64,000 bases of DNA from Schizochytrium sp. TIO01 (lineage: Eukaryota > Protista > Bigyra: Labyrinthulomycetes): the NCBI GenBank assembly GCA_004764695.1, contig SMSO01000031.1:6802761-6866760 (forward strand), in the 5' to 3' direction. Position 1 is the stretch's first letter. The number at the start of each line of letters is the position of its first letter. The notes under the pieces are model-generated. The model did not search any database. It was not told the DNA's origin and worked only from the letters and a program-made list of their open reading frames with translations. Made by a program: the position numbers and the translations under genes. Below, piece after piece: positions 57,236 to 64,000 of this stretch.

Positions 57236-58246
57236 GATGTAAAGTCCTTGACTTCAAGATTATTATTAGAAGCTTCACAATGTGAGTAGAGTAAATCTCC
57301 TCTATAATTCCCGGCAGTAGCTCGTCCAAAAAACGAAGTCAAACCAAGCCTCCTCAATGCTTTAGATTTATTTCGACTCGTGCAGTTGCGTTGGTCTCAA
57401 CTACTTTCCTATTTCTGCGCCTTTCTACAATAAAGAGTGTCAGCGACTGGTTCCCTCACGACTAGTGAGAGCGGCGATGGAGTTAAAATCCAATCAAACG
57501 AGGCAGGCTCAGCTTACTATGATTGACTGCCGGCGATGTCAAGTTGCTTCACGTAGATTGCAAGGGACTGCGCCTTTGGCAATGCAATTAGCGATATGCT
57601 TGGCACTCTCGGTGGTGACAAGCCCGGGGTTGGTGTAGCTCAAACATACACCAGGCACCTGGGCAGATGGGATTGGTGTTTGCTGCGCAAATGATTATGG
57701 ATGCTGCGTGTTTACTTTCTTTTCTTTTCTCTTTCCATTAAAAGAAAACTTTAGAATTAAATATGAATATATATTATAGGCAAAGACATGTTTTCATATG
57801 TTTCTTTTACTTCAAAATACAGTACTTTATATTCTGTATATTATACTTTGTTTTTACAGGCCCTTTCCTTCTCACTCGGGGATAAGCCTATCCAGTCCTC
57901 ACTTCAGAAGTGCTGAAGTGATTAGAACTTCTTTTTACTCCCCGGAAATCTTTGTTAGTTCCAAGGTTTATTCCTTTCCTGTTTCGATTCCTTTCCTTAC
58001 TCACTTTTTTTTTGAAGTTGGAAAGAGAAAAAAAAAAATACAAAACAAGTAGTATTGCTGCCCCCTCTTTCTTGCTTGCTTTCTTTCTTTCTTTCTTTCT
58101 TTATCTCTTTATCTCTCTCTCTCTCCTTTGACCTCGTTGCCCTGCTCAGGTAAGGGACAATAGTAGGAACGTACCCACCCAGTATCGTACTTTTGCTTCA
58201 ATCGCGAATAACCCAAATCGATATATAATGCATTTCGGCCTAGCGC

Positions 58247-59341
<1,095 letters not shown>

Positions 59342-60360
59342 GAATAATTATTTTTTAAGGTGGGAAGCACAAAGGTCTCGCTCTTTTCGGTTTTTCTCAT
59401 CTTTAACACTGCACTCCTAAAGTTGGTCTACTATGCCTAGCTATCGCTTTCTCTTCCACTTTTCTGTCATTTCACCAACTTTTCTTTCAGTTGGTCTCCT
59501 TCCATTTCCGGTCTCCTCGTTTCCACAAAATATACACTCGTTGACCTGAAATAGTCAATCCACTTTCGATTCGCTCCATTCAGATGCTAACTACCAGGTA
59601 CCTTGAGTTGCTCTTGAAGCTCCCGCGCGATCGAATATCTCTCATTTTACGTGTGTATTTTACAAATTATTTATTATATATATTAATAATTGTTAAAATA
59701 TAATCCATCAGTCTTTAAAGCTTTTTTAATAATAACAGTAAGAGTAATTGCTTAACTTAAAAAATGAGCTTGCCTTGCTGCCAGTACCTGAAGAGCCGTG
59801 GAGACCGCCATCGGTCATCATCATCGTCGAAAGGAAGGCAAGAAGGCAGGCCCAAGATCCCACTCCTGGTGGCCTTGTCTCGCGCCAGTCTCGGCCTATT
59901 CCTTTCAATTCTCTACATTTTCAGCCAGCCAGCTAGCTAGCTAGCTAGCTAGAAACTTGACGCTGGCTCGACCGCTAGATAAATAGATTCATACAATAAA
60001 CGATCAAAACGGTCCCGCATGGCATGGATAGATAGATTGATAGATTGATAGATTGATAGATTGATAGACACTCCGTGCAGACATCGCTGCGCTTCTCTAC
60101 AGACCCGTCCAGTTCTGGCAGTTGCGTGCTGCGTTCTTCTAGGAAGAGCTCTTGGGCCCTGAATTTCAAGGTTTGGGCTCGAAATTGAGGGCCGCAACAG
60201 TCGAGTTGCGCATTTGTCAAGTTGGCTCGACTCGCCAGAAATGATGGGAAAGCAGCAACATGCACTCACTCCTCTGTAGCATGCAGCACTTGGTCAGTTA
60301 GTTATTCACTCCAGAGACGGCCTGAGCCCGTCTGACCCACGAGGAGAGCAGCTTAAAATA

Positions 60361-61651
60361 ATGCAATGCGCCTAAACCGCTCAAGGCAGAAGAGGCCCAG
60401 ATGCCGCACATCCATCCATCCATCCATCCCTGCACTCCCTGTCCTGCCTGGGCCTCTTTGCTCCATTGCATGCATTTCCTGATTTATGATCCATACCCTC
60501 GTTGCAGTTCATGCATGCCAGCGAGGGACTGCCCCAGAATCACTCGACCTTGAGCTCGAGCTTTGCAAGATCTCTCCAGACCCCAAAGGCCACCCTCTGG
60601 CGTTTGCAAGGAGCCCGCGTACTGGCGGGTCAGTCGGCGTACAGATAGATATGGGAGCGATCTGCCCAGCGGAAACGCTCACGCCCAATGCTTTGAACGT
60701 ACGGATGAGCGGCTTTGGCCCTCCAAGCTCTTCTTCAGGCGTCGCGTACCCAGCTTAGACTCGAGGTTGGGCACGTGCCATTTCTTCTTCTTCTTCTTCT
60801 TCAATTCTGGCTTATTACTTACTGCCTGCTATCGTTCTGCAGCATTGACAGCGACCACCTCAGGGACTGCTTGCCGCAATAGATTTCGAGGAAGGAGCTC
60901 GGCAAAAGGGAGGGCCCGCTCAGACTTTGATAGAAAGAGGGCGTACCACGTAAGGAGCGATGGGCTTCTTTGTAGAGCTCGCCATTCAGGGTTTTCAGGG
61001 TTCTCATTTACCTTCCCCCTTTTCTGGTTTGAAAATAAAATAAAATATTAAAAAATACTATCTATGTATATTATTTGTATAAACTCAGCGTTAAAGTGTG
61101 GCTGTTAACAAATTGAAAAAGAAGAAGAAGAAGAAGAAGAAGAATATACTAAGATGAGTGGAAGTGGACAGCTAACTAGCCATATAGTAGGAACTCCATA
61201 GCAAGCAAGCGCTTCTGTAGTACCAACTATGGCCTATTCCTTTCGCCTTTTCAGGCCCATAGGGCGAGCAAGTGACATGCAATGCGCCTGAATTCTAAGA
61301 GCCGAAGAGATGCGGGTGCAGTTCATTCCGTGGCAGCCTCTGATCTATGACCACTTACGGCCTCCTCCTTATCGTCAGTGTGAGCGAAGGACTCTGCCCT
61401 TTGACCATGAACTCGAGTTAAACAAGATCTCTACAGCCCTAGCTAGCTAAGCGGTTAGGAGGTCCTACTCACAGACCTAAATAGTCCATCCTCCGGTGGT
61501 TGCGAGGGGGTCAGATGCTGGGCAAGTCAGCGTTCAAGTATGAGAGAGGTCCGCTCAGCCGAGATGCGCGTACCCCATGTTTTCAACGCATTGCCCAGAA
61601 GTTGTTGGCTCCAAGCTCCTCAAGCTTTGCGCACCTTCAAGTTTAGGCACG
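60361..61651 (-). repeat. Two diverged direct copies (60361-60775 and 61277-61651) of a ~0.4 kb unit, probably decayed LRR-coding sequence
   Basis: Collinear shared blocks: ATGCAATGCGCCT, TGAT(T/C)TATGA, GACC(T/A)TGA(G/A)CTCGAG..CAAGATCTCT, CTCCAAGCTC and GGCACG. Confidence 0.6.
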
Positions 61652-64000
61652 AGCTTAGGCGCACGGCTCCTCCGTTTCTTCAGTTCGATCGTTCGCTTGA
61701 AGTTTGAAGTTTGAAGTTTATCCTAAAACTATTAGAAGGCCCATCTATCGTATCAAGTGTGTACTTGCAGTCAATGAAGTAGTAAAACAGACGGACCCTC
61801 GCACAAAAAGAGAAGGTAGATGGATGCGGTTCCTGTCTTGTCTAGTGCTGAGCTAAGGAACGACGGACTTTTTGTTGTTGTTCAATAGTTGCTACTTTTA
61901 TAAGCACCATCATAATTTTAATCTAAATTAAAAACGTTAATTTAATATTTAAAAAACAAAAAACAAAACAAAACAAAACAAAAACAGTTTTTTTAATTAA
62001 ATGAATACAAAAAATGAAAAGTCAATAATTGTAAATGAGCTCACGGAGGATTTGACTTTTAGGCTAAACTGCGTCCGGAACCAACAGCTTTCCTGGCATG
62101 GCTATTGGCTCGTACTATTTGGTTTGCACTGCCACACCACGAATCACATTCATACCTCGGGCTTTTGCTTGTTTGATGCGTGCACTCTACTATCTATACC
62201 TGCTTTTTTTCTTTAGAGGCTGGTTTAATTTCTGAAAAGAACAGTGACTGGAGGTACGAATGGTGGCAGCTTTGATCAATTTATCTATTTTCAAACTTTC
62301 TCTGGTTTCAGGTAGGCGACTGCTATCTATCTGCCTAACTCGGTATGGGTATGTTTAGTTTTTGAGGGAGCAAAGTGAAACCCAAAGTTTCTTTTTTGAC
62401 TTCAACCCAGAGTTGGGGCTCCACTTATTATTCGCATCGCACTTTAAATGCCAGAAGTTCTAAAGATTCACCGTGATGAGTCAGTGATGTTCTGGAGAGA
62501 AAGGAGTCTGTCTTACCATACCAAAGTCTACAGCTTCTGCCGAATCCGTTCAAAAACTCGCAAGGCAAAGCAGATGTCAGCAATAGCGCCTGAATATCTG
62601 CCATATGTATGGCATCTTCTCTCCATACCTATCTCGCGGTGTATATGTTACCAATCAAATACAGTAAATTGATTAGTTACTTAATTATTATTAATACGTA
62701 TATATGGACGCTTGTTGGACGGAAAGTTTGAAGAAGAAAAGGAGAAGAGCTGTGGACAGCTCGAAATTGAGTAAAGAGAGACGCCATCAGGAATATGAAA
62801 CCATCCGGAAAACACACGCAACATCTTGGCCTGCAAAAGATGGAACAGTGTGAGTGACAAAATTGATTTTTGTTTGGTTGGCTCATGTTGCCTCACAGGG
62901 CACTGCGATTGCCAATAGTCAGAACTGAAACACCGCGCGAATTACAAATTCAACATGATGCTGAAGATTTAGGGTAATTTTTAGAGGAGAGAATATGGAA
63001 GAACTTGAATTTGGCACTTTCGTTAATTTTACCGCCAACTCAAGTCATAGTGTTTACTATTATAAATATTTTATTAAAAACTTAACTAATATACATATAT
63101 TGCCTATATGATTGTAAAATCGTTTCTACAGTACAGTAAATTATGGATGAGCATCTAAAGCAAGCGATGTTTGGATTTTCGATCAGCAAAAGGACTCTCC
63201 GCGTTGCTGCAGCTCAAGCTATTCGTGCAGAATTGTGTAAGCAGACAACGCGGAGCATACGATGACAAAGATCAGCGGGAAACCGGTGGCTCGAAACGAG
63301 AGATGCAGCGGAAACCTACTTTTGGTGTGAACGAAGCGGCTTCTGAAAGGCGGAATGCCGAAAGAATTAAGAAGTGTATTTCCGGCGATAGTTGTTTAAC
63401 TCGCGATCCTTTTCATTATGTTTGCTTGTCAAAGCTGCTTTCACTTCCGCTCCATCTTTACTCATTTCCATAAAAACGAGTGAGTGCTTTTGAGTTTACC
63501 AACTAATCACTAACCTAAGTTATCAACTCGTTGATAGGTGAATCACGTGGTACGGAATAGCTAGCCTATCCATCGCTATCCCAGAGCCCGAGAAGCCAAA
63601 GCACGTGTTTTATCAATCAATCAATCAGTCAATTAGTCAATCAACCCGTCATCCATTCATCCATCCGATCCATTGATCCATCAAGTACACTCACAAGTCC
63701 GAGGCTGCTTTAAGGTTTTAAAACAAGTTTTAGATGAAATTATTTATTTTGATTATTATTTTGATTATTATTTTGATTATACATTGTTTTTTAAAAGTCA
63801 GAGATCAAAACAACATACATCGATCGATACATACATGCCTCGTAACGTGAATATATTTTGAGCGCTGCGAAAGTTGTGATGATGTTGTGATGGTGCTTCG
63901 GTAGTAGGAAGTCGCGGAACCTAGCCAAAGCTGCACGTGGGATTGGGCTGCGATGGAAGAAATTGCTGATGAGTGTGTGATGACTGGCTGTCGCAAATTT

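Overview
Eukaryotic genomic DNA in the standard genetic code. Most CDSs are intron-free and are separated by long, microsatellite-rich spacers, which suggests a thraustochytrid/labyrinthulomycete-type protist (inference only). Recognisable genes are the 3' part of a glutamine synthetase II, a CHD6-9-type chromatin remodeller (split by one frame break), an F-box/WD40 protein, mannose-6-phosphate isomerase, cytochrome b561, a Cys-based protein phosphatase, an ABCC/MRP transporter and a Golgi-type sulfotransferase. There are also several orphan proteins and a perfect ~1.05 kb (TTA)n tract. The main observations are: (1) two tandem, previously fragmented 4-exon paralogues encoding secreted ~250-aa proteins with 24 conserved cysteines, a basic pro-segment and a conserved 15-nt micro-exon; (2) a 1290-aa nuclear-looking disordered protein carrying an MsAcT/arylesterase-like SGNH domain and a possible C-terminal RST-like helical hub; (3) a PDZ-like domain inserted between SANT and SLIDE of the CHD remodeller; (4) an SVBP (vasohibin-binding)-like motif at the end of an orphan protein; (5) decayed F-box/LRR and copia-like relics in the spacers. 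All family assignments come from motif recognition by eye; no database searches were run.
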